From positions 1,202,082 through 1,266,081 of the forward strand of contig OZ252021.1 in NCBI GenBank assembly GCA_965247685.1: DNA of 64,000 bases, in the 5' to 3' direction. Made by a program: the position numbers and the translations under genes. The DNA is from Bdellovibrionales bacterium. GTDB lineage: Bacteria > Bdellovibrionota > Bdellovibrionia > Bdellovibrionales > UBA1609. The notes beneath the pieces were generated by a model that saw only the letters and a list, made by a program, of their open reading frames with translations, searched no databases and was not told the DNA's origin. How positions within the stretch are numbered: position 1 is the first letter of the stretch; each line of letters opens with the position of its first letter. Below, piece by piece: positions 48,134 through 56,736 of the stretch.

Positions 48134-50353
48134 TTAGAACAAACGAAGATCAGAGAAGAGCTCCATATCGCTGACTGTGGCATGTGAAGTCTCTTTTGGT
48201 TCTGATTTTTTTGTTTCCAAAACTTCTTTCTTGATTTGGAACAAAGATTGACTCACATGTTGATTCAATTTTTGAAGAGCTTGAATTTGTTTTTTCTTCT
48301 CTTCCAAGTGACGAGACATCTCATCCCAAGAAAGCTGCAATGTTTTATTGTGTTCTTTTAACTCTTTGGATTCTTCGAGCAATGTCTTCAGTCGATGGAA
48401 TAAAGTCTTATTTTCTTCTGTTATCTGACTAAAGCTTTTTTCTTGAATTTTATGTTTATTTTGCAAACTGAAAAGTTCTTTTTGAATATTAACAGTATCT
48501 CGATCATAAATCTCAATCAATTCTTTGTTTTTATTTTTCTCTGCAATCAAAGCACTCTCCATTTCACGACTTAATCGACAGACATATTTTTCATGTGCTG
48601 TTTTAAGCTCTATCAGACGGCTTGAAAAAGAAGATTCCATTTCCTGAATGCGATCTTGATATTTTTGAATAGTAGATTGCAACTGTTGTACGGAGTCATA
48701 CCGAAACTCTTTAGTATCTTTTTGATACTGATCTTTAATTTCTTGTAATTCCTTATCTTGTGTTTTCCGAGAATCCTCTAAGAATTTTTGATGTTGATCG
48801 TCTTGTCTTTCTAATTCTTGATCGTGTTCTTGTTTTAAGGCTTCTACTTGATGATCCGAATCTTCCACCCATTTTAGTTTCTCTGCATGAAATTCTAAAA
48901 GAAGTTTTTGCCTTTCAGAGTCGGCCTTGCTTCTGACAATAATTCTTTCTTCATAGTACTTCGTCTTTAAATCTGCTAAATTTTGAGCCCATACTTGTCT
49001 ATCTTTATTATATTGCTCTTGCAGATTTTTAATCTCTTGAGTCAGTTGATTAAATTCTTGTTGAGAATATTCTTTTTTACTTTGAGCTTCTGCATAAAGA
49101 TCCTTTTGCTCATTATATTTTTTCTGAAGCTCTGTGATTCGATCTTGAGTCTCATTCATTTCATGTTGATGCTCATTTTGTAAAGATTCAATTTTTGTGT
49201 TATATTCCTCTTTAATAGCTGTTTGTTGATGAAGATGGTTTTGACCCGCCTCTTTGAGCTGTTGAAGGAGTTTTCCTTCTTCAGCTTGAAAGCTTCTTTT
49301 GACAGATCGAACATCCGCTTCGTGTTCTTTTTTTAATAATGAAACTTTTTGTTCATAATCAAATTTGAGATGAACCACTTCGCCATGATGTTTTCTTTTG
49401 AGTTCAGAAGTTTCTTCTTGGTGGATCTGTTTTAGATTTTTAACAGACTCTTGAGATTGAATCAGTTGAATCTTTTCCTTATGTTGAAGACGAAGTGCAT
49501 GAACTTTAGCATCAAAGTTTTTTTGCAATTCTTCAATATGTTGCTCATGATTCTCCTTTAATTTTTGCACTTGAGAGTTTTTTGAGTTTTCAAAAGGTGA
49601 AGATTTTTGTTTTAATCGCTGATGGTAAGATAAATGCAAAGCTTTCAATTTAGCATTAAAGTTTTTTTGCAGTTCGTTTATTTTATCTTCATAATGATTT
49701 CGAACTTTTTGAGTCCTTTCATCTTCTTTTTTCTGCAAAAGTATGTTTTCTTTTTGCTTTTCTTCTAATCGAGAAAGCTCCTCCTTGTGTTGAAGCTTTA
49801 AGACATGAATTTGAACTTCATATTCTTTTTTAACTTTAGCCACACTTTCTGAAGTTGTCTTTAAAGAAAGTGCTTGTTCTTCCCGATCCGATTTCCACTG
49901 CAACTCTTGAGCTTTATATTTTAAATCAAAAACCTCAACCTCTTGTTCATGTTGCTGCCTAAGGATTTCCAATTGATCCTCATGCATCTTAATTTCTGTT
50001 TGGTGTTCCTGGTTAAGCTCTAAAATTTTTCGATCATATTTTTTCTGAAATCCTTGAGAGACTTTTTTAAGTTTTTGATTAAGAATCTTGTTGTAAACTC
50101 GAGATTGTTTTTTGAGCTGTCGAATAGCAAAAGGAGAAGTTTTTTTTTGTTGGAAAGAAATATTTTGTGAAGAAGGCTGTTCTTGCGAAGATAGTTTTTC
50201 TTTTTCCACAATTTTTAAAGGAAGAACTTTAGAGTTTGTCGATGAATCGCTAACAAAATCCACATTTTTCAACGAAGATAAAGGTACAGGAATAGACCGA
50301 ATTGTTTTCCAATCCTTGGAATTCCTTCGATCTAAAGATTTTTTATAAAACAT
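48134..50353 (-). CDS. long coiled-coil-rich protein, function unknown
   Basis: 739 aa, dominated by Glu/Lys/Gln heptad-like sequence. Internally repeated segments (ELQKNFNAKLKALHLSYHQRLKQ / ELQKNFDAKVHALRLQHKEKIQ). Confidence 0.6.
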   Translation of the reverse strand: MFYKKSLDRRNSKDWKTIRSIPVPLSSLKNVDFVSDSSTNSKVLPLKIVEKEKLSSQEQPSSQNISFQQKKTSPFAIRQLKKQSRVYNKILNQKLKKVSQGFQKKYDRKILELNQEHQTEIKMHEDQLEILRQQHEQEVEVFDLKYKAQELQWKSDREEQALSLKTTSESVAKVKKEYEVQIHVLKLQHKEELSRLEEKQKENILLQKKEDERTQKVRNHYEDKINELQKNFNAKLKALHLSYHQRLKQKSSPFENSKNSQVQKLKENHEQHIEELQKNFDAKVHALRLQHKEKIQLIQSQESVKNLKQIHQEETSELKRKHHGEVVHLKFDYEQKVSLLKKEHEADVRSVKRSFQAEEGKLLQQLKEAGQNHLHQQTAIKEEYNTKIESLQNEHQHEMNETQDRITELQKKYNEQKDLYAEAQSKKEYSQQEFNQLTQEIKNLQEQYNKDRQVWAQNLADLKTKYYEERIIVRSKADSERQKLLLEFHAEKLKWVEDSDHQVEALKQEHDQELERQDDQHQKFLEDSRKTQDKELQEIKDQYQKDTKEFRYDSVQQLQSTIQKYQDRIQEMESSFSSRLIELKTAHEKYVCRLSREMESALIAEKNKNKELIEIYDRDTVNIQKELFSLQNKHKIQEKSFSQITEENKTLFHRLKTLLEESKELKEHNKTLQLSWDEMSRHLEEKKKQIQALQKLNQHVSQSLFQIKKEVLETKKSEPKETSHATVSDMELFSDLRLF

Positions 50354-50461
50354 CCACTAAACTCTAAAACTATTTGATTTAATTTTTTCAAACATTCTTT
50401 GAGTTTGTCAAAAATAAATAAATATTGCATGATGCTTTGCATAACCTTTTATAATGGGAGA

Positions 50462-52153
50462 ATGAAAAATTTCAGCTTACTTTTAGTCTTGTTTATAACG
50501 TTGCCAAGTTTAGCCCAGAAGCTACAGGTCTGCTCCATAACCCTTAATTCAGATAATGAGATGAAAATATTTAAGAAACATCTTTCTTCTAGGGATTTTA
50601 ATTTCATTGAGTTGGCGCCCCAAAGTTATAACATTAACTCCTCTTCAAAAACTCAGTGGTTCAGTGAGGTATGTCAGAATCCTGATGTTCAATGTGATAT
50701 ATTGGTTGTTTCTGGTCACTTTGCAGATATGTTTTTCGGAACAGATAATAAACATATACTTTCTGTCTATGAGTTGGAAAAAATAGCGTGTCAAAATCAA
50801 TGCCCTCGAGTGTTTAGTCAACTCAAAGAAGCGTTCTTATTCGGCTGCAATACGATGGCGGGAAAGGAAAAACTTTATCGTACATCCGATGAATATCTGG
50901 ATATTCTTATTAATGAACATAATATGTATCCTAGCGTTGCAGAAACAATAGTTGCTTCTCGATACTCTGACTTTAACCCCACCTATAAAGATCGAATGGA
51001 GCATATTTTTGAACCCCACACTCGTATTTACGGCTTTAAAGAAATCAGTCCCTACGGCCACCAGTCTGAAAGAGCTCTAAGAAATTATTTTTCTTCTATT
51101 AAGTCTCGGTATGGAAATTATATCAATTACTTAAAAAAATATAAATCGAATAAAAAAACAACTCCTTATTTTTCAAAAGCCTTTGATGTTTTAAGTGCTA
51201 CTCAACAAGGGTTTGGAATGAGCAGGTCTCACTCTAAATACCCTGCCTACAAACAACTCTGTTCTTTGTATGACAGCCAGCTCAGCCATTCTAAAAAGAT
51301 GAGAACTGTTTATACTCTTTTTGACAAAAATTCAGAATTCTTTGCTTTCTCAGCTATCAAGGATTTTTTAGTTCATAACAAAGATTTACTGAATGAATCT
51401 TCACTGCGACTTTTTCAAAAACTTCAAAGAGAAAAAATAAAATCCAGAGACAGTTTTATTCAAGCATACACAAACTTAAGTTCTAATTTATTTTACATGA
51501 AGTCTCAAATTCTGCATTTTCTGTATATGATGCATTGGATGAGTGAATCTCAGTATCAACAAGAACTCAGAAATAATCTTCTCCCTCTGATTCATAAATC
51601 TAGCACTCAGTCTTTTGATATCTTAAACACTTTAGTTAATGAAAATATGTTAAATTCTTCAGATATTATAATAAATTATGATGATTTAGGAAGTAATTAC
51701 TTGAAGAATATAAGTAATGTTCTAACTGTGGATGTCCTTGATTTAAATACGATAAATATGCAAAAAGATTTAATTCGATACTGTGAAAAAAAACTCAAAT
51801 CCCATCGAGTGGACTGCTATCAGGTATTAAAAACTTTAGGAAATATTCAGGCTACAGATCCTAAGGTTTTAAAAAAGATGTCATCTTTTTTAAATAGTAA
51901 GGATTTAGGATTGGTGTACTACGCTACTTATGGATTGGCTTATTCTAATGTCTCGAATGCAAAAATATTATTTAAAATAGTTCAAAATTTAGATCATTCT
52001 AATTTTTGGATTCGCTTACAAAGTTTACAGTCTTTAAACTATTTAGGAGTGATTGAAGCATCCTCTAATATGAGGCGAGTAGTAGAAGATATGTTATTGA
52101 CTGAGGATAATGATCAAGTAATTGAAGAAATTAATCTCATTTTAGGCTCTTAA
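50462..52153 (+). CDS. secreted protein with N-terminal caspase-like His/Cys pattern and C-terminal HEAT-like repeats, function unknown
   Basis: I place the start at ATG 50462 (GGGAG upstream), giving signal peptide MKNFSLLLVLFITLPSLAQ. Contains DILVVSGHF ... AFLFGCNTMAG. C-terminal repeats resemble PBS-lyase HEAT units (HSNFWIRLQSLQSLNYLG). Confidence 0.6.
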   Translation: MKNFSLLLVLFITLPSLAQKLQVCSITLNSDNEMKIFKKHLSSRDFNFIELAPQSYNINSSSKTQWFSEVCQNPDVQCDILVVSGHFADMFFGTDNKHILSVYELEKIACQNQCPRVFSQLKEAFLFGCNTMAGKEKLYRTSDEYLDILINEHNMYPSVAETIVASRYSDFNPTYKDRMEHIFEPHTRIYGFKEISPYGHQSERALRNYFSSIKSRYGNYINYLKKYKSNKKTTPYFSKAFDVLSATQQGFGMSRSHSKYPAYKQLCSLYDSQLSHSKKMRTVYTLFDKNSEFFAFSAIKDFLVHNKDLLNESSLRLFQKLQREKIKSRDSFIQAYTNLSSNLFYMKSQILHFLYMMHWMSESQYQQELRNNLLPLIHKSSTQSFDILNTLVNENMLNSSDIIINYDDLGSNYLKNISNVLTVDVLDLNTINMQKDLIRYCEKKLKSHRVDCYQVLKTLGNIQATDPKVLKKMSSFLNSKDLGLVYYATYGLAYSNVSNAKILFKIVQNLDHSNFWIRLQSLQSLNYLGVIEASSNMRRVVEDMLLTEDNDQVIEEINLILGS

Positions 52154-52182
52154 GTTTTTATGTTTTTACTACTGATGAGATA

Positions 52183-52271
52183 GGAGAGGTGACCGAGTGG
52201 CTGAAGGAGTACGCTTGGAAAGCGTATAGATGTGTAAAAGCATCTCGGGGGTTCGAATCCCCCTCTCTCCG
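52183..52271 (+). tRNA. tRNA-Ser (anticodon GGA), class II with long variable arm, no encoded CCA
   Basis: Cloverleaf read by hand. Acceptor GGAGAGG/TCTCTCC (one G-U pair). Anticodon arm TACGC-TTGGAAA-GCGTA. Variable arm AGATG..CATCT. T arm GGGGG-TTCGAAT-CCCCC. Discriminator G. Confidence 0.9.
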
Positions 52272-52695
52272 TATGATAGAAAAGGTATGATATCGAAGAT
52301 GTTATACCTTTTTTACCATAATGGGGTATTCGAAGTGAAAGAGCGATCCATGTTGGCTGTGAAAACAGTTAATATGGAGAAGCAAAACTGGATGTTTTGC
52401 TTAGCGCTTGAAGTGAGCCTACGCAAAGTTGTGAGCTGGATGCGAACAACTGTAGTAGGCGAATCCCCCTCTCTCCGTATGATAGAAAAGGTATGATATC
52501 GAAGATGTTATACCTTTTTTACCATAATGGGGTATTCGAAGTGAAAAAGCGATCCATGTTGACTGTGAAAACAATTAATATGGAGAAGCAAAACTAGATG
52601 TTTTGCTTAGCGCTTGAAGTGAGCCTACGCAAAGTTGTGAGCTGGATGCGAACAACTGTAGTAGGCGAATCCCTCTCTCTCCGTATGATAGAAAA
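52255..52695 (+). repeat. 206-bp tandem repeat (2 full units plus a 29-nt third start) seeded by the 3' end of tRNA-Ser
   Basis: GAATCCCCCTCTCTCCGTATGATAGAAAA occurs at 52255, 52461 and 52667 (the last with one C>T change). The two units differ at only 4 positions. Confidence 0.95.
52280..52314 (+). terminator. rho-independent terminator of tRNA-Ser
   Basis: AAAAGGTATGATATC-GAA-GATGTTATACCTTTT hairpin (15 bp including G-U pairs) followed by a T run. An identical copy lies at 52486-52520 inside the tandem repeat. Confidence 0.7.
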
Positions 52696-52885
52696 AACAG
52701 CTCTCTGATCTTCATTCAATTGATGAGTATGTGCACTATGGGATGGACTATCCCGTTTTAAGGGTGTAAAAGCTAAAATTGTAGTATTTTTTTTTAAGAG
52801 GGTTTAAGAGGGTAAGATATATGGTGTTTTTAAAAATAGGATTATTCTTTGCTTCTTATTTTATTTTACTCTCTTTTGTTAGAGA

Positions 52886-53398
52886 TTGGAACATACTGGA
52901 TCTGGAAAAAAATTATTAACTACTGAAAAAAGTTATAGGCTTATATTAACACCTTTCCAACATAGCTTACTCGCTATATTGGGGTTAGGTTTTGGACTAA
53001 AAATGATGTTCTCGTCTATATCTTCCTTTCAAGATTTAGCAAATACTATGTCTTACTTTTTTATCCTTTCTGGTATCTTTTTATCTATTAGTATTTACTT
53101 CACTAAATCCCATTTAAAAGATTTAATAGACCAGATCAAAAAAACCAAAGATGTTAAAAAATCTAAAAGTATTGAGATATTAAAAAAATCTAACACTATT
53201 GCTCATAAATGTATTGTGGCTGTATGCAGTGTTGCTTTGTTTGCTTTATTATCATATTCAGAACTTGCTTTTGAATTCCCATCTAGAAATGCTTCTTTTA
53301 TTATTGGTTTTAGTTTGTTAGCTATCCTCTTTTTGTCAATAGGATATAAATACTATATTAATCCAAAAAAATTCTTAGAAAAGATTGATGGAGTATAA
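52886..53398 (+). CDS. hypothetical 4-TM membrane protein
   Basis: 170-aa ORF from TTG 52886. The first ATG would remove the first TM, so the start is uncertain. No family recognised. Confidence 0.35.
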   Translation: MEHTGSGKKLLTTEKSYRLILTPFQHSLLAILGLGFGLKMMFSSISSFQDLANTMSYFFILSGIFLSISIYFTKSHLKDLIDQIKKTKDVKKSKSIEILKKSNTIAHKCIVAVCSVALFALLSYSELAFEFPSRNASFIIGFSLLAILFLSIGYKYYINPKKFLEKIDGV

Positions 53399-53488
53399 GG
53401 CGATGAACAATAGAAAGAAAACCTTTAGAACGAGTTATTTTCATTTTTTACCTTCTTTTTTTCTTAAAGTCCTATATGACCTTATCGA

Positions 53489-54841
53489 TTAAAACAGATT
53501 AAAAGAGTTCAAAAAGATAACCAAAATACCTATAGGAGCAATCACTCCCACAAAACCTTTGATCAAATAAAAGTAAGCTCTATTTTTAATATTCAACGCT
53601 TCCAACAGTGTATCTGTTGGCAATTTATAACCCACATAAAGAGCACATAGCAAACCCCCTAAAGGAAGTAAAACGTTTTGAGATAAATTATCCACAACTC
53701 CAAATATGGTCAAAGAAGAAATAATATGAAAATCGCTCCATATATTAAACGAGAACACCGTTCCTAAACCTAAAAACCAACACACAAAGCCACAACCTAT
53801 CGCTGCATAAACTCTTTTTATTCGATACTGTTCTGTTAAATAAGAAATTATAGGCTCCAATAAAGAAACCGCAGATGTGAGTGCTGCAAAAAGGACTAAT
53901 AAGAAAAAGAAGGTTCCAAAAAAAGATCCCGCCGGAAGATGCCCAAACGCCAAAGGTAAAGCCTTAAAAAGCAAACCCACCCCTTCATCTGGTTGAAGTC
54001 CTGCTGTAGCAAACACGATGGGAAAAATAATCAAACCCATAATCAATGCCACCAACGTGTCCAGCACTACCACTAAACTCACCGTTTCAAAGATAGAGGT
54101 TTTCTTAGACAAATAAGAGCCATAAACCATAATAACCCCCATACCTAAAGACAAAGAAAAGAAGGCCTGTCCCATAGCTGCTAAAACACTAGATGTATGA
54201 ACATCCTTCCAGTTAAAAGAAAATAAGAATGTAAAACCTTTACTTATCTCACCAAAAAAAATAGAATAACCCAACAACACAACGAGAAGTAAAAATAAAA
54301 GAGGCATAGACCATTTAATAAAAAGCTCAAGCCCTCGAGAAATTCCTCTTGCAATAATAAATACATTAATGCCCATAAAGACAGTCAGCCAAAAAATAAG
54401 TAGGTAAGGGTTTTGTATCATTTGAGAGAAAACACTACTCACCACTTCAGACTGAGCTCCATGAAAAATTCCTTTCCCCATCAGATACACATAGTGCATC
54501 ACCCAGCCTGCAATCACTGCATAATAGGAAAGAATCATAAATCCACTTAAAATTCCCATCCACCCAATAAGAGACCATACTCTTGAATTCTTATATCGCT
54601 CTCTTAAAATTCGCATGGTGTGGATAGGACTGCTTTGCCCTAAACGCCCCATTAAAACTTCTGCTATCATCACAGGAAAACTAATAGCCACCACGCAAAT
54701 AAGGTAAATAACGACAAAAGCTCCTCCTCCATTTTCACCAGCTATATAGGGAAACTTCCATATATTTCCTAAACCCACTGCAGAACCTGCAGCTGCAAGA
54801 ATAAAAAACCAACGATTGGACCATGATTCACGAGAAATAAT
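53489..54841 (-). CDS. sodium-dependent transporter, SNF (neurotransmitter:sodium symporter) family
   Basis: The SNF TM1 signature WSNRWFFILAAAGSAVGLGNIWKFPY is only complete if translation starts upstream of the ORF-track GTG (54778). That in-frame upstream stretch contains only ATT codons, 3-9 nt after GGAGG (54852-54848). Confidence 0.8.
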   Translation of the reverse strand: MISRESWSNRWFFILAAAGSAVGLGNIWKFPYIAGENGGGAFVVIYLICVVAISFPVMIAEVLMGRLGQSSPIHTMRILRERYKNSRVWSLIGWMGILSGFMILSYYAVIAGWVMHYVYLMGKGIFHGAQSEVVSSVFSQMIQNPYLLIFWLTVFMGINVFIIARGISRGLELFIKWSMPLLFLLLVVLLGYSIFFGEISKGFTFLFSFNWKDVHTSSVLAAMGQAFFSLSLGMGVIMVYGSYLSKKTSIFETVSLVVVLDTLVALIMGLIIFPIVFATAGLQPDEGVGLLFKALPLAFGHLPAGSFFGTFFFLLVLFAALTSAVSLLEPIISYLTEQYRIKRVYAAIGCGFVCWFLGLGTVFSFNIWSDFHIISSLTIFGVVDNLSQNVLLPLGGLLCALYVGYKLPTDTLLEALNIKNRAYFYLIKGFVGVIAPIGILVIFLNSFNLF

Positions 54842-55151
54842 AATTCACCTCCAAAATCTAAATTAATAAAAGAATCTATCCAAAATAACCACTAAAATAA
54901 CCAATTATGATAAGTAGTGTTAAAGTAAATTATTCCTAAATTATGACTTTTTATAAGGCATATAAAGTTTCATGAATTTAACTTTATGTTTATTTTAATT
55001 GAACTCGTGTAAATCTAGGTTTTATCAAATTCTTGTTTAAAGGGAAAAGGGATGAAAGGAATTTTTCAATTGTCATAAGTACCAAAACAGAATATACTGG
55101 TACTATTGGATGGTTTTTAGATTTTGGGTACAATAAACTAAGGAGGTGTTT

Positions 55152-55361
55152 ATGGAAGGTTTTAATTGGAGATGTACTAAATGTAATCACCATGAATATA
55201 AAACTGGCAAGATGGCAGCTACTGGAGGAGGTTTTTCAAAATACTTCAATGTTCAAAACAAGAAGTTTTCTACAGTGACTTGTTCAAAATGTAAATTTAC
55301 AGAATTTTATCAAACTTCTACCTCTAAATTAGCTAATATTTTCGACTTCTTTAGTGGATAA
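55152..55361 (+). CDS. small zinc-ribbon protein
   Basis: AGGAGG at 55141-55146 lies 5 nt before the ATG. Two CxxC pairs (CTKC ... CSKC) flank a Gly-rich loop. Confidence 0.65.
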   Translation: MEGFNWRCTKCNHHEYKTGKMAATGGGFSKYFNVQNKKFSTVTCSKCKFTEFYQTSTSKLANIFDFFSG

Positions 55362-55486
55362 AATCACCATCTGAAAAGAGAATAAAATTTTAAAATACAT
55401 TGAAAAATTTACATCTTTTCTTCTATAAATTTAATTTTATTAGTATTTTTTAAGAACCTGCTATATGATGCGAACAGGAGTCTTAG

Positions 55487-55780
55487 ATGAAAGCTAGTAA
55501 AACCCTTTTGTATATAAAAAAAATGACTACCATTGATCGATATATTGCTTTGATCTGTATCGGAGTTTTCCTCATCAGCCTTGGGCATATGTTCACTCAA
55601 TTTCATCAGCAAAAAATGATCACAGCTCAAAATCGAAACATGGAGTATAAAAAAATGAGAGTAGGTATTAAAAATATTGAAACATGGAAAAAATATCATG
55701 CAGAACAAATCTTTATTATGCAACAAATACTTCAAGAGATGAAAAAAGATTCTCATGTCGTCTCTCACTCTCCTATTTGA
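55487..55780 (+). CDS. small hypothetical membrane protein
   Basis: AGGAG lies 6 nt before ATG 55487. One TM (YIALICIGVFLISLGHMF) followed by a charged tail. Preferred over the antisense 119-aa ORF, whose composition looks non-coding. Confidence 0.4.
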   Translation: MKASKTLLYIKKMTTIDRYIALICIGVFLISLGHMFTQFHQQKMITAQNRNMEYKKMRVGIKNIETWKKYHAEQIFIMQQILQEMKKDSHVVSHSPI

Positions 55781-55823
55781 TAAAAATCTTGTTATAATTT
55801 TTCTTTCAACTTACGTAAATTCA

Positions 55824-56624
55824 ATGAATAAAATTGAAATTAAAAAAAGACTTAAATCTTTAGGAATTTCTCCTAAAAAATCTTTAGGGCAAAACTTCCT
55901 CATTAACCCTTGGGTTTCGGAGCAAATGGTATCCGAAATTCAAAAACTCAAACCTTCTAAAGTGATTGAAGTCGGCCCTGGATTAGGAAGTCTGACTGAG
56001 TTTCTCATAAAAATTAATATTCCACTACAACTGATAGAGTTGGACGCTCAACTTGCCCAATTTTGGAAGAAGAAAAATTTAGATGTATTAGAAACTCATG
56101 CACTAAAAATTAATTCAGAGCACTTCCCTGCTCATTCTACTTTAGTCGGAAACCTCCCCTATCATATCTCAAATCGATTGATTGTACACTCCTCCATTGA
56201 ATGGCCTAAAGTAAACTCTATGGTTTTAATGGTTCAAAAAGAAACGGCAGAGCGTATGCTTTCACCTTCAGGTCAAAAAAGCTTCAGCTCTTTATCTGTC
56301 ATCACTCAATATGTATGGAATATGAAAAAACTTCTTTCGATTCCGGCTTCTGATTATTACCCTTCTCCAAAGGTAGACGGATGTGTCTTAATTTTTAAAA
56401 GAAAACCTCAAGCTCCTGTTTCGATCTCTCCTTTTTATTCTTTTGTGAAATTATGTTTTATTCAAAAAAGAAAAATTCTACTCAAAAAACTAAAGAACCA
56501 ATTTGGAGAAAAAATCCCTTCCATTTTTAATGAGATTCAAATTCCACCCACTGCGAGAGCTGAAGAATTATCTGTTGAGAAATTTATAGATTTATACCAA
56601 AGGATTCAAACTCTACAAAAATAG
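55824..56624 (+). CDS. rsmA: 16S rRNA (adenine1518/1519-N6)-dimethyltransferase
   Basis: KKSLGQNFL, VIEVGPGLGSLT and GNLPYHIS motifs. I place the start at ATG 55824. Confidence 0.9.
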   Translation: MNKIEIKKRLKSLGISPKKSLGQNFLINPWVSEQMVSEIQKLKPSKVIEVGPGLGSLTEFLIKINIPLQLIELDAQLAQFWKKKNLDVLETHALKINSEHFPAHSTLVGNLPYHISNRLIVHSSIEWPKVNSMVLMVQKETAERMLSPSGQKSFSSLSVITQYVWNMKKLLSIPASDYYPSPKVDGCVLIFKRKPQAPVSISPFYSFVKLCFIQKRKILLKKLKNQFGEKIPSIFNEIQIPPTARAEELSVEKFIDLYQRIQTLQK

Positions 56625-56736
56625 ATCTTAATACGTCTTAAAACATAAAATAGCATCAAATCTTTAGGTATAAAAAAACTTTACTTTCATATTCCATATA
56701 GAGTACCTTTAATTTTTATAACATGAGAGTTGAACT

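Noticed and set aside
52230-52496. 88-aa ORF in the ORF track
   Set aside because: It starts inside tRNA-Ser and reads through the terminator hairpin and the first 206-bp repeat unit. The second unit has a stop in the same frame (TGG to TAG at 52596). It is most simply an artefact of the repeat.
52272-52666. Possibility that each 206-bp unit is a degenerate or pseudo-tRNA
   Set aside because: Only the last 17 nt of the tRNA are copied. The T-stem 5' strand (GGGGG) and all other arms are absent, and GGAGAAG upstream pairs only partially with the acceptor 3' strand.
52183-53488. Prophage or genomic island inserted at tRNA-Ser
   Set aside because: No integrase, recombinase, transposase or phage-like ORF lies between the tRNA and the SNF transporter. 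Only one small membrane-protein ORF lies beyond the last att-like copy.
54853-55140. Riboswitch or leader upstream of the SNF transporter
   Set aside because: The region is uniformly AT-rich with no recognisable conserved helices or motifs when read on the minus strand.
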